Source: Macrostomum hystrix (lineage: Eukaryota; Animalia; Platyhelminthes). Taken from it: 64,000 bases of DNA. Made by a program: the position numbers and the translations under genes. Of the stretch, positions 12,352 through 25,290 are shown piece after piece. Under the pieces are notes generated by a model. The model was given only the letters and a program-made list of their open reading frames with translations, had not been told where the DNA came from and ran no database searches. The DNA lies in contig CATNEN010000001.1 of the NCBI GenBank assembly GCA_950097015.1, forward strand, positions 13,020,001-13,084,000, read 5' to 3'. How positions within the stretch are numbered: position 1 is the stretch's first letter; each line of letters opens with the position of its first letter.

Positions 12352-12564
12352 TGTGATATCTGACACGAGTTCGTATTTGGGAAGGAAGAACCGGTTATAA
12401 GTCTATTTTGTTATTTTAGCATTTCAAATAATCAGATCATCTCAAGGGTGAATAAGCAGGGCAATACGTGTAGCTTTTAAAGAAGGGGCAAGCATCACTG
12501 GCAGAACGAAGTGAAGATAGGGCGGGTTTGTACCATAGACTAAACTTCAATGCGTGTCAAAACT

Positions 12565-13295
12565 AAAAATGAAAATCTTGCTTGCTTGCTTGCTTGCTTG
12601 TTTGCAATCAACTAGCTCCTGAACGGCTCAACCGGTTTTCACAATTCCTTCGCCAAAAGATCACAAATGGGCCCGAATCGGTACACGTATTTTTATTAAG
12701 CTTAATTCACTTGACAAGGGGATTAAATATTCGAAAAACTGTTTTAAATAGGCTTTTCTAATGCATTCTTGTTTTTAGCTTGTGCACAGTGAGGCTCCAG
12801 TGCCAATTTTAATGATTGCATCAGAGCCAGGTTTGTTAGGCGAGCGTACTGATAAGAAATTTATCACCCAAATGTACATGGCTGTGTCAACCCCACTGGC
12901 GAGATAATTACTGCCCAATGTGCACAGGCTGAGCTGGCTTCTGTTATCTGTTCGGCACTGAGATATTTTATAATTTCATTTTGAGTTTTTTTCAATCAAT
13001 ATAGCAGATTCACAGCATACTCCAAAAGGCTACAGCTGAGAACTGAATTGCTCCAAGTGATCGGCCTTTTTGGCAGCAATTTTTTTCTAGCAGAGCGAAG
13101 CGAAGTGAACCGAATTCCAGGCACAACAATGACACAGCCAAATAGCATGAATACAAATCCAGGCTCAGAATCGATACATATCTAGGCTCAACATTTTATA
13201 GACTTCTAGGCTCAGCCTTGATAGTTATCTGGGCTGAGCATTAATAGATATCTAGGCCCAGTATTGATAGATATCTAGGCTCAACATTTTTATGA
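12565..13295 (+). mobile_element. Helitron 5' portion (array unit C; begins at ~8339 before the Gypsy insertion)
   Basis: actaaaaatgaaaatcttgcttgcttg matches the Helitron 5' end at 55296(-). It shares blocks with 6490-6615 and has short tandem repeats (atatctaggctca) at ~13175-13290. No 3' end was seen. Confidence 0.7.
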
Positions 13296-13329
13296 TGTCC
13301 TTGAGATCCTCTACTCTTAACAGACTGCG

Positions 13330-14110
13330 GTGACCCTCCGCAGTGTCCTCGACGGATAGTTCTCAATAGTCGCTCACATGATTCCTGCGATCCGTATTAG
13401 TGAATTTGTTCAGGACTCTAATCTGCCCACTTTCCGAGCAGCCACCTTTGTCTATCACGGATATTTGGATAGGTGCTGGCGGGTTATCTATCGTGAATAC
13501 CCATTCGCAATGCTTCGCCGGTTCACCCTAAATCGGACTAGGTCGCAGTCACATTGTGAATGAAATTCGCAGATGGTCAGAAGTCGTCCATGCCCCGCGA
13601 AGGGTTCGCATTTTCTGGCTGATTGTCCAGCAATCATCCGGACGAAAGACTTGCAAGAAGCGCTTCGCCTGATCCATGCCTTGTTCTTTGTTCTGCTCGT
13701 GAAGGACCATGAAGCACTGCCCCGCAACTTGGAGGCTCAAGTTGGAGATCTAAACAGAGCCTTTATATCAGAGCAGGATCGTTCCCCTGAACAAGCCGGG
13801 AATGCCACAGAGGTCATCCATGACTGCAAAGCGGTCTGGGATAAGAACTTGCGCCGCAGCTCACCATTTTGGAAAGCCTGCAACCAGATTATGGAAGAAG
13901 TCAAGCAGCAAATCGCTGATTTGGCAGTCACTGACGACCACGATATCACGCGCATCACTGAGGAAGCATCGAATCGTCCTTTTTTCTCTTAAACTTGCTC
14001 AGAAGCTCCTCGATGACCTCTACGCCTGGCTACCCTGCTTCACGAGCATCATGACACAGCCAGAGCGATATGCTAATGACAAGCAAGTCCCAGTCACTTC
14101 AATCCAGCAC
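13330..14110 (+). pseudogene. Degraded transposase-like remnant (Mutator/NOF-FB-like)
   Basis: Frameshifted peptides ...SHFLADC... and SNRPFFSLKLAQKLLDDLYAWLPCFTSIM resemble the 'N.Y.......LL...Y..LP.W/FT.IM' block I recall from NOF-type MULE proteins. Confidence 0.4.
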
Positions 14111-14399
14111 CGATTTACTGATAAGTATAAAACTTTTATGCTAAAAAATTTTCATGGACCAGAGAAAAAAAGAAAAAAGAATTGATAATGACGAGCTTAA
14201 GACAAATAAATATGAACAAAGAAGGATTAAGTTAGCGCAAAAGTGCGTTCGTACACTATCGAAAGTTACTTTAATAGAGAGTGAAAATAGAATTACATGG
14301 TGCTACGCCGATTCAGCATACTTTTGAAGAATTTCCTTCAGAATACTCGGGTACAAAAACAGGACGTGACGATTAGCTAAAAAACTTCCCACAGCCTTA

Positions 14400-14985
14400 T
14401 ATTGCATATGTTATATTGCCCTGACGACGCTAACGGCTTTCTGCTCTCTTGCAGGACAAGCAGTCGACACCCCGAAAGACGACTCTCTGTCCTGGCGTAC
14501 CCGGACGACCTGGCGCTGCTGTCCAGCTCAATCGAATGTGCTCAGCATCTGCTGGACAAGCTGTGAACACCAAGAAAACAATGGTGCTGACCATCCCAAA
14601 TGACCTCAACGGCGAGATCTTCTGCCACAACGTAAATGGGCAAGCGGTACTGCTGCCGCGCTGCGAGACCTTCATTTATCTCGGCGGTCAAGTGCCCGAC
14701 ACCCTGGACGACATGGCGCGACGCAGGGCGCTTGCCTAGGCAGCCTTTCGCACCCTGCGGACTTTCCTGCAGTGCCCCACGCTGCCGGATCGGCTGAGGG
14801 CAGTTGTTCTAAGCCGTAATAGATACCGTCCTTCTCTACAACGCTCAAACTTGGACTCTGAATGGCACGCCAGAGAGGCAACTCGATGCCGCCCATACCG
14901 GACTCCTGCGAGTCCGGTCGACTATTCCCCGACTGCCGTCACCAACACGAGCAACGATGAGCTTTATCGCCGGGCCTTCGCTCCT
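14400..14985 (+). mobile_element. Non-LTR retrotransposon RT C-terminal fragment (RTE-like), degenerate
   Basis: VNTKKTMVL...FIYLG...DMARRRALA*AAF..L...LF.AVIDTVLLYNAQTWTL...LDAAHT.LLR...SNDELYRR, with stops and frameshifts. Confidence 0.75.
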
Positions 14986-14989
14986 GTGC

Positions 14990-15481
14990 TCTTCGTGTCA
15001 CTCTCTTACCCGTTTGGAGCACAATGTTTTTACTACAATTCTCCGTGTGCCAGTTATCGAAGGCGACGATCGCGACTTTCCGCATCTTGTGCGTGATTCG
15101 ATGTTTTCGTCCTCAGACCAAAGCGATATTCTGTGTCGAAATGGCACAACTGGCCGGTGCAGCCACCATCAGGCGCTGTCCTTATTGTCAACGTTTTTGT
15201 GCATCGGCATTGGCCGTGTCTCTATCGGCCGAAAAGGAATGCAAAAATCAACTTCTCCAATCCCAGTCGAACTAACTCTTGGTCTTAGTGGAAAATCCTA
15301 CAAGCTCCGAGCAGCGATTGTTCACTTTGGCCGTTCAGTTGATAGTGGCCACTACGTTGCCTATACATTTACTGAAGAGTACGGCCGCCTTTGTCTGAAC
15401 GATTTAGAAGTGCGTGCTGCCTCATTACCTGCTGTTTTCGAAAGTATCAGGCGCAATTGCTGCGCTCTTTTTTATGGCTAA
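14990..15481 (+). pseudogene. USP/C19 peptidase-like C-terminal fragment (His box)
   Basis: YKLRAAIVHFGRSVDSGHYVAY...LND..V...ALFY is the USP His-box pattern. No Cys box was found. Confidence 0.7.
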
Positions 15482-15570
15482 AGGCTCATTCACACCGCAA
15501 ATTAATTGACTTACATACAAAGAAAAATACGACAAATCGCGTGATCACTTATGTCAGTGTGAATGGACCC
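15482..15570. mobile_element. Tiny MITE-like inverted-repeat element (PIF/Harbinger-like)
   Basis: aggctcattcacac ... gtgtgaatggaccc are imperfect TIRs flanked by TAA and TTA. A related end occurs at ~16358. Confidence 0.45.
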
Positions 15571-16669
15571 TTACTTTGACCCTGGTCACTTTTTCTATAC
15601 TCGTCGTTTCAATCTTCCGTAAGTTTTGCAGCTGGCTACTTTTTTAGGCCAATAATTTGGGTACATCCTCAGTTCAGCTGAAATTCCAGCAAGACTATTT
15701 TTTATGAGCAACGCCTTTTATAATGACTGGTAAACCTCTTACTGTGCCATCATGTTCTACTCTTAACGAAATATTAATATACACGACATGTACTGCCACG
15801 TGGGGTGGCATGAAGAGAAAGAGAAAGAAAAACAGTTTTCTTTTCTGACAAGTTTGTCAATTTTGACGGAAATAAAACGGTTAATTTATTGTTGCGAGCT
15901 TCCTGCTTTTTCATACAAATGAAGCCAGGCCAGCATTACTATTGTCGCTCTAGGTGCCTGTCGATACAGATACAAAAAATGCCTCATAGGGAACTGTTGT
16001 GGCTAATGCACCCAATGCCGAAAAACGAAGTACTCTCGACACTATTAGACAATTATTAGACCAATAGGCAATTTTTTTCTTCAATTAGTATAAGTCATGC
16101 GACGATTTCGCCGAAGATAGACTTGTCGAATTTTTTGTGCACGATTTGGTGAGACGCTGCTAAGAAAGCTGTTTAAAGTCAGTGCAACAGTGAGACGTTG
16201 AGTAATATACACAAACTATAGAAAAGTTGACACAGTAAGGACGAATAATGGCATCAACATTATTGGAAACACTTTAAAGTAGGCCTTTCATCGAAACATT
16301 ATTGGAACATAAGAAGTGAACAAAGAAATATCCAAAAAGCAGTGGAGAAGCCCCCTAAAGGCTCATTTTCACAGACAAATTATGTCCACTTCTTGTTTAA
16401 TTTTTAAGTACGACGGAATGATCTGTCAGAAAATTCAACAAGCTCGTACTCATGCAATTGTTATTTGGCGTTGCGAGCAGGCCCAGAGTAAATTCAGCAG
16501 CGTGTTGTACAGACGGTCCTGAACAATGCATCGTCTCCCCAGTCCGATAAAGCAGAAATGGATGGTAAAAGCATTGGTAAGTTTCATAGACATTAGCTGA
16601 AGTACATAGTTTATAAGTGGTACAAAAATACTACGCTTTTAATACGAACTACAGAGTAAAACGTCACAG

Positions 16670-17200
16670 AAGAAGCGTCACTTGTCCTTTCTTCACTTTC
16701 CTTTCGGTTCTGCGGCTTTTGCAACTTCTTTCATTAAATTCATTTGCATTTCTTCCTAGTCGTCTTTTGCGATTGGCTTTCGCCTCCATTCGAGCAGACT
16801 CCGCCTCCCTTCGAGCCGACTCCTCCGCCTCCCTTCGAGCAGACTACTCCGCCTCCGTTCGAGCAGACTCCTCCGCCGCTTCTCGAACTTCTCGACTTCT
16901 CCCCTCTTCCATCAGATCATCCAGAGAAATTTCTTTATCCGTGACCTTGCTAGAATTTTCCACTTGATTCGCATGCTCAATCTCGCTCTTAAGATGGCGT
17001 AGACAAGGAAGAAACATTTGAATTGGAAGATACCACTTAGCTGAAGCTAAACCTGCTGCACTCTCTAGGTGCTCTACCGCGGTACAAATATGCTTCATTG
17101 CAATTTCGTCGCTTTTGTAGTTTGTAAGGTAAGAACGCTGCCAATTGTGCTCCTCGAGCCGTCTTCAACGGCTCTCTAGCGTTTCGCAGAGTCCAGCCGC
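16670..17200 (-). pseudogene. Degenerate ORF of unknown function with 24-bp (EAEESARR) repeats and a basic tail
   Basis: ORF 16844-17098 reads through a TAG inside the repeat array (16785-16880) to ...RKVKKGQVTLLL*. Confidence 0.4.
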
Positions 17201-18161
17201 ATCTCAGGGTTTCTTTTGCGAAAAATAGCAACACCATCAGAGAAAGCCAACGAAATACCATTCTCACTAATATACTTCACATTTAAACCTCTCACAGTAC
17301 GAATCGCTAAATTTAAAAATCTCAAACCAAGAAGTCGCGCAGCATAGCTTCAAGTCTGAAACCGACAAAAACATCCGAATCAGGCAAGTTGCCAGGTAGA
17401 GGACCTTGCGCTTCAAAAACAGCAAAGGCGTCGTTAACAAAAGCCTGAAAAGGGAAAAGAAATGATAATAAGACAATATTTAATAGGAGTACATTCTAAT
17501 TGAGCTTTTAGGTCCCTGATAGAGGCTAGCAATGAAAACACAGAAAACACAATTGAATCTGAATACTGTGCCAGTAGCTAAATTGACTTTTTCTGAACTA
17601 AATGCTAAGCCCACTGACTGTTTAAAATAAAATCAATCAATATTTAGTGGTAAATAGTACATGCCAATTGTGCTTTTAGGTCCCTGATAGAGGCTATCAA
17701 TGAAAACACTCAACATAATTGAATCTATATTTATTAAAGAAGTTTAAAATTTGGGGGCATTGGCTAACATAAGCATAATTTAGCTACTATTGCTCTTGTG
17801 TATTACTTTATATAAGCAAGAGCACTGTTTATCAAAGCAGATGTCCACATATATAATGTTAAACTCAAACCCAAAGAATAGCTAGGCCCCTAATTTATAC
17901 GAGTATATTAAATTGCATTAGAATATAGGCCTAACATTGATATTTATAATTATACTCTTGATTTATTATAATGTCAATATTTACTGTAATTTAATAGGCA
18001 ATGCTTTGCTGTAGTAGTATTTAAATCAACGAATGAGTGCTTGGAGAGTTTACAAGTCATGCTAGACTAGGCAAGATTGGAAGAGTCTTGATATTAACAT
18101 AAGTAGGTCTATAGATAATGAAAAACTTTTACAACATGTGCTAAAAGGATAAAAGTGACAT

Positions 18162-19425
18162 TGTGTAATAAAATGAATGTCCTAGCTGGAGCGTGAGGAA
18201 TTTAAAGCTAGCGACTATTCACTATTCACCGGGGTCGGTGTCCTACCAATCGGTTCAATAGCAGCAGGGAATCTGGAATTAAATAGCGTTAGAGACTGGT
18301 AGCGAGCGAAGTGGAATAGATAAGCGATGAGGCCCGTGTCGTCCCCCGGCCCGGCGAAACTCCCAATGAAAAAGAATAACACAGTGTGAACACAAGACTC
18401 GAATAATTTGATTAGAAGTGATTTGATCAGCTGTGACTCAGATACGAATAGGAATTACTTTGAATATCGTTTACTTGACTTAAAGGTTATACTGACAGAA
18501 TAGATGTTCGCACAGAAATAAATTATAGCGCGCTCACAGTGAGAAGCAAGTCTGGCCTAACAATTTGGATATAACAATTTTACCTAACTGGCCTAATCCG
18601 CGCCCTACTCTTCCCGAGAGGCTCCGGTTGTCTCTGCTTTCAGCGCTGCCCCGACAAATCCTATCGGTTGGCACTCCTTCTGCCGGACGGCGGAGTCTCC
18701 GAAGAGAGCACGTACTGACTTCGACAACCAGCGCCTATCTAGACCACCCTTGTCAGCGGCGCACTCTCAAGACGCGTAGCGCCGAAAGCTACCTAACTGA
18801 ACAAGCGGAGCGTGGTCGGGCGGGGAAGGACAAAACAAGTGGACTTAATTTGCTGGCGCGTGCTTCTCACAGTGTGAGGCGAATTGCCGATAGCGATAAT
18901 TTGCACGTGCTTCTCACAGTGTGAGGCGGATTGCAGAAAAAGATAATTTTGGACTACAAAAACACGCTTCGTTATATAGAGTCAATTCAACCCCAAACTA
19001 GGTCGATCGGCGAGGTGGATGCCTGGCTGTAGCTTGAGCCAAGGTGACAAATCACAGTAGACTAGCGACCGCCGTTCTGAGCCCCGGGGTTGCTTCTTGC
19101 CGAGGGTAGACAGGTAGTGAGGCCAGGTCGCTCGCTGATTGGCCGGGACCGTAGCCCAGGGGTAGCGCTCGCGGGGTGGTGGGCGTCCGTTCCCCCAGCT
19201 GGTCCGGCCCGGCTTGGCGTGGGTGACTCTTAGCAAAAAACACACGCGTCTAAAAATAGATAATTAAGCACTGAAAAATAACACGGGGAGATAGAAGTAC
19301 AAACAAGCTGACACTACAATTGCAGATCCATTTTAGCAATGTACTAAGAATAAGTGAATAACCAAAAGTAAAGTAAATCATATTGCTAAGCGTACAATCA
19401 TTATTTACTTGGCCGCGCTTACACA
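18162..19425. mobile_element. Probable solo LTR (family B), ~1.26 kb
   Basis: 7-bp terminal inverted repeat TGTGTAA...TTACACA. Flanks ACAT/ATAT give a 3-of-4 TSD match. The block is richer in GC than its flanks. Confidence 0.5.
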
Positions 19426-19615
19426 ATATTATTCCTTAGTGCATACCGCTACACTACAATTGTGTGATCATTGGTCTTCATTATTCTTTCCACAACTTCA
19501 GCACAACCGAATGACCTCGTTTTCAGATTACCAAGTTCAGTTCCACATAATTAAAATCAAGCAAAATAAGCAATTATTTATACAAAATGCATTTGACTAA
19601 ATGCAATAAAGAAAT

Positions 19616-21937
19616 TGATATGGTTGGGTCTTTTGCAATCCGATGACCTGTCCTCATAAGAGAAGGGAGTGTGGGAATGGCGATAGAGTCAGTCGTACCG
19701 CAAAGCCTCGCGAGTTGTCGCGGAAAGAGGGATGAAGGGAGAGATGAAGGGAGAGACAGTGGACGCAGGGAGTGGTCCTCTCGGCCTCAGGCTGGCCAGT
19801 CCCACTCAACCCATAGGCCACAGGCATGACTGCCGTGCCTACCCCAAGCAGTGCTCGAAACCGGCTAAAAGTCTAAGAAGAGGGTCGGGCTGCCCGGAAT
19901 CGGACAGGGCAGGGCTAACTAGTCTACTGCCGTCAGTAGCATGTAAGTAACTGACTCCTAACCTTGGTAGCGGTGGTCGAAACGGCCTAGGCTCTTGTCT
20001 TAGAAATGCGGAAAGGCTAATGGCGAAGCGGAAAATGATCTAGGGTAGCGCCACCACCCAATGCGCCTACGTTGCCACCGCAGACATTTGGGAACTTGGG
20101 TCCCCGGAGTACACAGCTCCTAGTTTATCACGCAGATCTAGACAAGCCGAAAAATAGGGCATTCTGCAACTTCCGTTTTAGACTGGGGTGAGACCCCAGA
20201 ATGGATCGAGACACGCCTCAAAAGTGGATTCCTGAATTCGCGCTACAGGGGTCTAGAAAGGTGGTACTCAGAACTCGAATGGAAATCCATAGCCGGAATC
20301 CTACTCATGAAACATCAGGCACATTCTTACATTAGACTGCAGCCCACACGTTAGGTAACTAACAAATCCGAATCTGTGTGAGATGAGGAAATCAGAGGCT
20401 GGAGAGATTAGGCTGAACACTGGCTGAGTGATTATGCAAGCGTAAGGTTAAAAGGTCATCACCCCCCACTTCCCTGGCGGTAGAAGCGAGAGGGGGAAAC
20501 AGAGGGAAACTCAATTGGCAGGGGAGCTTGACACGCACTCCCAGATCCGCCAGGAAACGAGGAAAACCCGCCAGGGAATTCCCCACCCCTGGGCAGAAAG
20601 AAATACGTGCTACACTCCGCATCTTACTTGCACATCCCTAGCTCCATATTACTCTCATGCGCGCTCACAATTGCCTTCCTGCCGCAGCCTTCAGCTCGGC
20701 ATCACCAGAGCCCATTCCCCTAATAGATTAGCCACTCATGGTAGAGGGCTGTCTAATGAGAAAATGAAGAGGAAATAACAGCATGGCGGAAAAGATTTAA
20801 ATTGTTATTAAATTTGGCCTAATGTTTTAATAATTGGCGAATGAATAGTCCGTATATTAAGCCTCAAATCCTAAGCTCGTGCCCACTAATAGCCGCCTAA
20901 TTAATAGAAATCCCCTTAGGAGCAATAATTGCAAAAACCGCTGCGCGGGTTACTTAGCTGAAGTCGCTTCGGCTGCGTGCTGCAATCCTGTTGTTCTCGG
21001 GGAAGAGGATGGGGTAAGACAGCAAAGGCCGGGAAGGGAAAAGTGCTGCGAGTCGGCAGGGGCCAACACGCTTGGAGCTCAAGGCTCAATTTGACGGCTC
21101 ACCCATAGAGGTGGCTCGCGCTCAGGGGGAAATAGGAACAGGCAATGGGCCTGCGCTAGCCGTGGAGCTCTGAGCTCTAGGGTCTAAATCCTAAGTGGAT
21201 CTGGGGGGGGTAAGTCCTGGGTCCGGTGGGATCCCGGCCCGGCAAAGGTAAACCGGCAGGGAGAAGGGGAAGAGCCGGTGGGAGAAAAGAGGGTCCTAGA
21301 GGGAGCAGCGCAGCGCGCTTGCTTAAATAGGTCTTGCAGCACGCCAACCCCGACATCCATCAAAGCAACCCACATTCGCGCCCGCCTGTCAACGGGGAAT
21401 CGAAGCGACGACAGGCCGCCCCAATTGCCCAATGAACCGGCGGCGGGAAACGACAGGTGCTCATCGAGAGCAGCCATCGGCAGACGGCCAACAATTGTTA
21501 CTCCGCCGGGACAATGGAAGCGCAGGCGCCGACCTGCCTACAGTGACATTTACGTGTATCTACAAGGGGGAGATCATAAAGTCGAGCTGGGCTCGAATAC
21601 TGTAAAGAAGAGGGGACATGAAGAATTTAATGATCACTCATAACGCGCGAGTGAGCCCCTATATCTGATCGCGGTTTGGAGGGGAATTATGACCTAAACT
21701 AGTTCATACAGTAACATTATGGCCGCGATCAGTCATTCCTACGGGGAGTCTAGACAACTCCGGAGAGAGAGGATTCGACAGCTACTTGATTCACCGCCGC
21801 CTCAAACCCGGCCCTAAGATTAATGATCTTGTCTTGTGGCCAGCTGCTATGTGGGTCGCAATTATTAGTTACTTAAAAATTTGAAAAATTATGCTGGCTC
21901 ACATTCCCGCTCGATTCCCGCAGCACACTCCACATCA
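19616..21937 (-). mobile_element. Long solo LTR (family C, copy 1), 2322 bp
   Basis: TGATATGG...CCACATCA termini with a perfect 4-bp TSD AAAT (19612-15, 21938-41). Colinear with 27863-30197 in reverse complement. No credible ORF. Confidence 0.85.
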
Positions 21938-22939
21938 AAATAAAAAATAAGCTACTAGAAACTGTTAACAAACTACTTACATCATTTAAAAAAAATCAAT
22001 TAGCAGTATTTATTTGAATTAAATGCATGAAAATGTATCGCGTCGATCCGAGATTTTGGAGCGATTGTGGTCAACTTTACGTGTGGACTAAGGCAGAGAG
22101 ACTGCGACTTAGAGTTGACGAAGATTTACAGCGATTTATTTATTGACTCACGAGTTAAATAGCAATCAGTGCCAAGGTGTAAAAGTGAGAGAGAAAGGCA
22201 TGCACGCGGTTGATGTACATTAGACACCCAGAGAAGTGAACGCATATGTACGATGCATTGCCACACACTACATACGTGCTTTAAGCCATTTGCATGAACA
22301 AAATACATCTAATATGAACTTTTATTACTATTCGATTTTGGCAAATTGAAAATAATTCGTTTGCTCAAATATTTTTCTTGACTTTTTAGGGCATACGAAA
22401 GTCATACGAGTTTAAACAAAGTTTTCTAGTTTTTTTTATTAATTTTCTTTCCCAGTTAACTCTGAGCTTTTCTTTAAGTATATTTTTCTTCGCAACAGCT
22501 CTTTGTTGAAGCTAGTGGAAGACATGTATGCCAGATTCAAGCTTTGGAATTTCATTTGAGTGTTAATTTTCCAGGGATTGTTTAGATTGATGTTTGATTT
22601 AAAGATTTCGAGAATAGTCTGGTTTAGTTTTTGTGTCGAATCTTTAGCCAGTAGGTTAGGTAGCTTTTAGTAATAGAGCGCGATGGTGGTGAGATGCCTA
22701 ATTCTGCTTGCAGGACGCTGTTACTAGTGTGCCTTGGAAGGTTTAGAAGACATTTTTTATTTAAATTCGATGCTGTCAAGTTCCTTTAACTCAGTGAGGT
22801 TCGGAAGAGGTCCCCAAATTTCACTTCTCTACAATTTCGCAGTCGCAACGAAACAACAAAAGACAAAGCGATGCAAATTTTACACCGCCTTCATCAGCGA
22901 AAACACAGAGATCGGAGACGGAGACTAATGCAGCCCCAG

Positions 22940-23015
22940 CACCCTGCCTCGCCTGCAACGACATGGTGCATGAAGGCATCGAATGCGACGCATGCAATCG
23001 CTGGTGCCACCAGAG
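22940..23015 (+). pseudogene. PHD-finger fragment (likely LINE ORF1-derived)
   Basis: Translates as ...HEGIECDACNRWCHQ, matching PHD core residues I.CD.C..W.H. Confidence 0.45.
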
Positions 23016-25035
23016 TAGTCATAGAAAATTTGACAGAGAGGGGGTTTTCAAATGGCGAAATGCATAGGAAGTACACAATAGGAAAATTCCAGTCTAAAGG
23101 CAGGTGTAGCTTGAGAGAGCGAACAATTTCAATCTGAACATAACGTGCGGACTTGAAAATTTCTTTCTCTTTCTCTTTAACTCTTAATTTTGTAAGCGCT
23201 AAGTCTTAGAAAACTTCCGAGTTCATTCAATTGTCTTTTCAACAAGTCAATTAGATGCACGACAGCGTAAATTACCACAGGTACAAAATCTAAATCTTTC
23301 GCAGGTTACTGAAAATGAATCCAATTCATTAAGCACATTTGACAATACTATTAATTAGCTACTCGTCAGTAAACTGAGCAATACGATAAAATCTCTCTCG
23401 AAACTTGACAAGAATAAATTTTCAACATGCTTGTACCAAGACAAGGTGCAAGTACGGCGGGGCTTTGGTTCTTGATATAAAGACAGGCGATTCGAAGCAG
23501 TAAGATTCAAAAGGTTCTCTCAACATAACACGGAATTCAATCGACGAAGTAAAAAATGTCTCGCTCTCAGTTCGACAGACGCTAATAACTGCTCCAGAAA
23601 TTAATTGCTTAAGGTAAGGCTTTTTGACACATACTCAATTTGCATTTGGCATCCATCTATGAGTAGTATAAATCTTGTTTAATACCTTTCAGCTGCAAAT
23701 AACAACGCATTTGCTCACCACAACCTACATCGAATGCAACACCTCAAAGGTCTAATAAGAGAACAGCAACAACAGCAAACGAGGAAAGCCTAGGCATGCG
23801 ACTCCTGATCATCCTACCTAATGACTCAATGCAGCCACAAATGCTGGAGATGATTCACGAAAATTAAAAAATCAGAATTGTAGAGCTGGACGCTACCATC
23901 CACAAGATCAATGTTGAAGCACGAAACAAGGAAGCGATCTCTATCGCGTTTCGGAACCTAACGAAATGAAATACAATTTGACTATCAGAAATACAAAAAA
24001 ACTATCACTATTTTTAGAACTAAAATTTTAGTATGCTATATCTAACAATGTTACTTGTAAATATTTCTTTTATAACCAATACAGTAATATACTATTATAA
24101 AAACAAAACAAATAATGTTTTTCATTAATCAGTAACAAATGCATATATTCCTTTGTACAAATTTTGTATACTTTGGCAAAAATACAAGGTAGCTATTATT
24201 AAAACAATAAAAACCAATTGCAAAAACCACGGCATAAAGCAAATAGAAAATCGAAACAAAATGAAAAAATACACACTTTTTAATGACACAATTTTTTAAA
24301 CAAAATTCTAATGCTAAATGAAATGCAGTATTTATACTATATGCATATGAGAAACTAAAAAAAAATAAAAATAAATGCTAAATAAAGCTTTTTGTGAATC
24401 TACGTATAAAACTATACTTCTTTTTGTGTTCTTTCTTTCATATGTAAAGTGTAACATTTTACAATAATAACCCATATGATTAATCATTTTGATTAAACCT
24501 AAATAATACTTACAAATCTATGATATGATACCAAAGTAGTAGACATTTCAATTCAACCAGCCAATACCAAAAATTGAACAAACTGGTAAACATCTTAAAA
24601 TGCTAAATCTAACCTAAAAAAACTTGCGTTGATAAATCTAGCAAGAAACGCAACATCTTTTTATGCTTTATATTGCTTTATAGGCCCGAACAGGCGTGAA
24701 GCACATCAGAGACCTGGCACTGAAGCGCGCGATTTGACGCTCCCCTCTTAGCCACTTTTCGTGGTCGGCGTGGGGCGTAACTGTTATTATTATTCAACCA
24801 ATAGAATTGCATCAGATCAGATATATCCTACTGACAATGTGGCATTCAAAATATGCTAGACCTACTAGCTAAAGCTTAAACAGAAAATACAAAGTCACTT
24901 GATTCTTCTAAAACTGACAGTTCTGTCGGCATGGCTCGTTGAACAGGAGTTGAAGCGAACACAGCATGATGAGTAGAACTCCTGAAGAAAAGAAATAATC
25001 ATTTTCAAAAACAAAGATTTTAGTACTTTTTTATT

Positions 25036-25290
25036 TTAAAGACTTGAAGCATTATCACGAATCACTTGCCTGTCTTCCTTCGTTTTAAAATAATAAAACA
25101 AGCTGGAAAAAACTAGCATACCAACTAGAAGACATACAACGATGCTGGGTATAACGAGGCAAATTACCTTAACATTGAAAATAGATTCGTGCACTAATGC
25201 TAGCGATTGATCAACATCTTTCATTCCGAGGCACAGCTCTTCATTCTGTGATTTTAAAAACTTCATGACTTTATCAATTTGTGAGCTCAT
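25036..25290 (-). CDS. Small single-pass membrane protein, possibly a Polinton accessory gene
   Basis: 84-aa ATG ORF with a hydrophobic stretch VICLVIPSIVVCLLVGMLVFSSLFYYF followed by a basic tail. It lies next to the Polinton genes. Confidence 0.4.
   Translation of the reverse strand: MSSQIDKVMKFLKSQNEELCLGMKDVDQSLALVHESIFNVKVICLVIPSIVVCLLVGMLVFSSLFYYFKTKEDRQVIRDNASSL

Larger units (their letters stand above)
8356..12559 (-). mobile_element. Ty3/Gypsy LTR retrotransposon (Mag-like), 4.2 kb, both LTRs present, RT internally deleted
   Basis: 208-bp LTRs at 8356-8563 and 12352-12559 differ at one base. 5-bp TSD AAACT at 8351-8355 and 12560-12564. PBS TGGCGTC follows the 5' LTR and a PPT GAAGGGAGACA precedes the 3' LTR. 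Domain order is gag-PR-RT-RH-IN. Confidence 0.95.
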
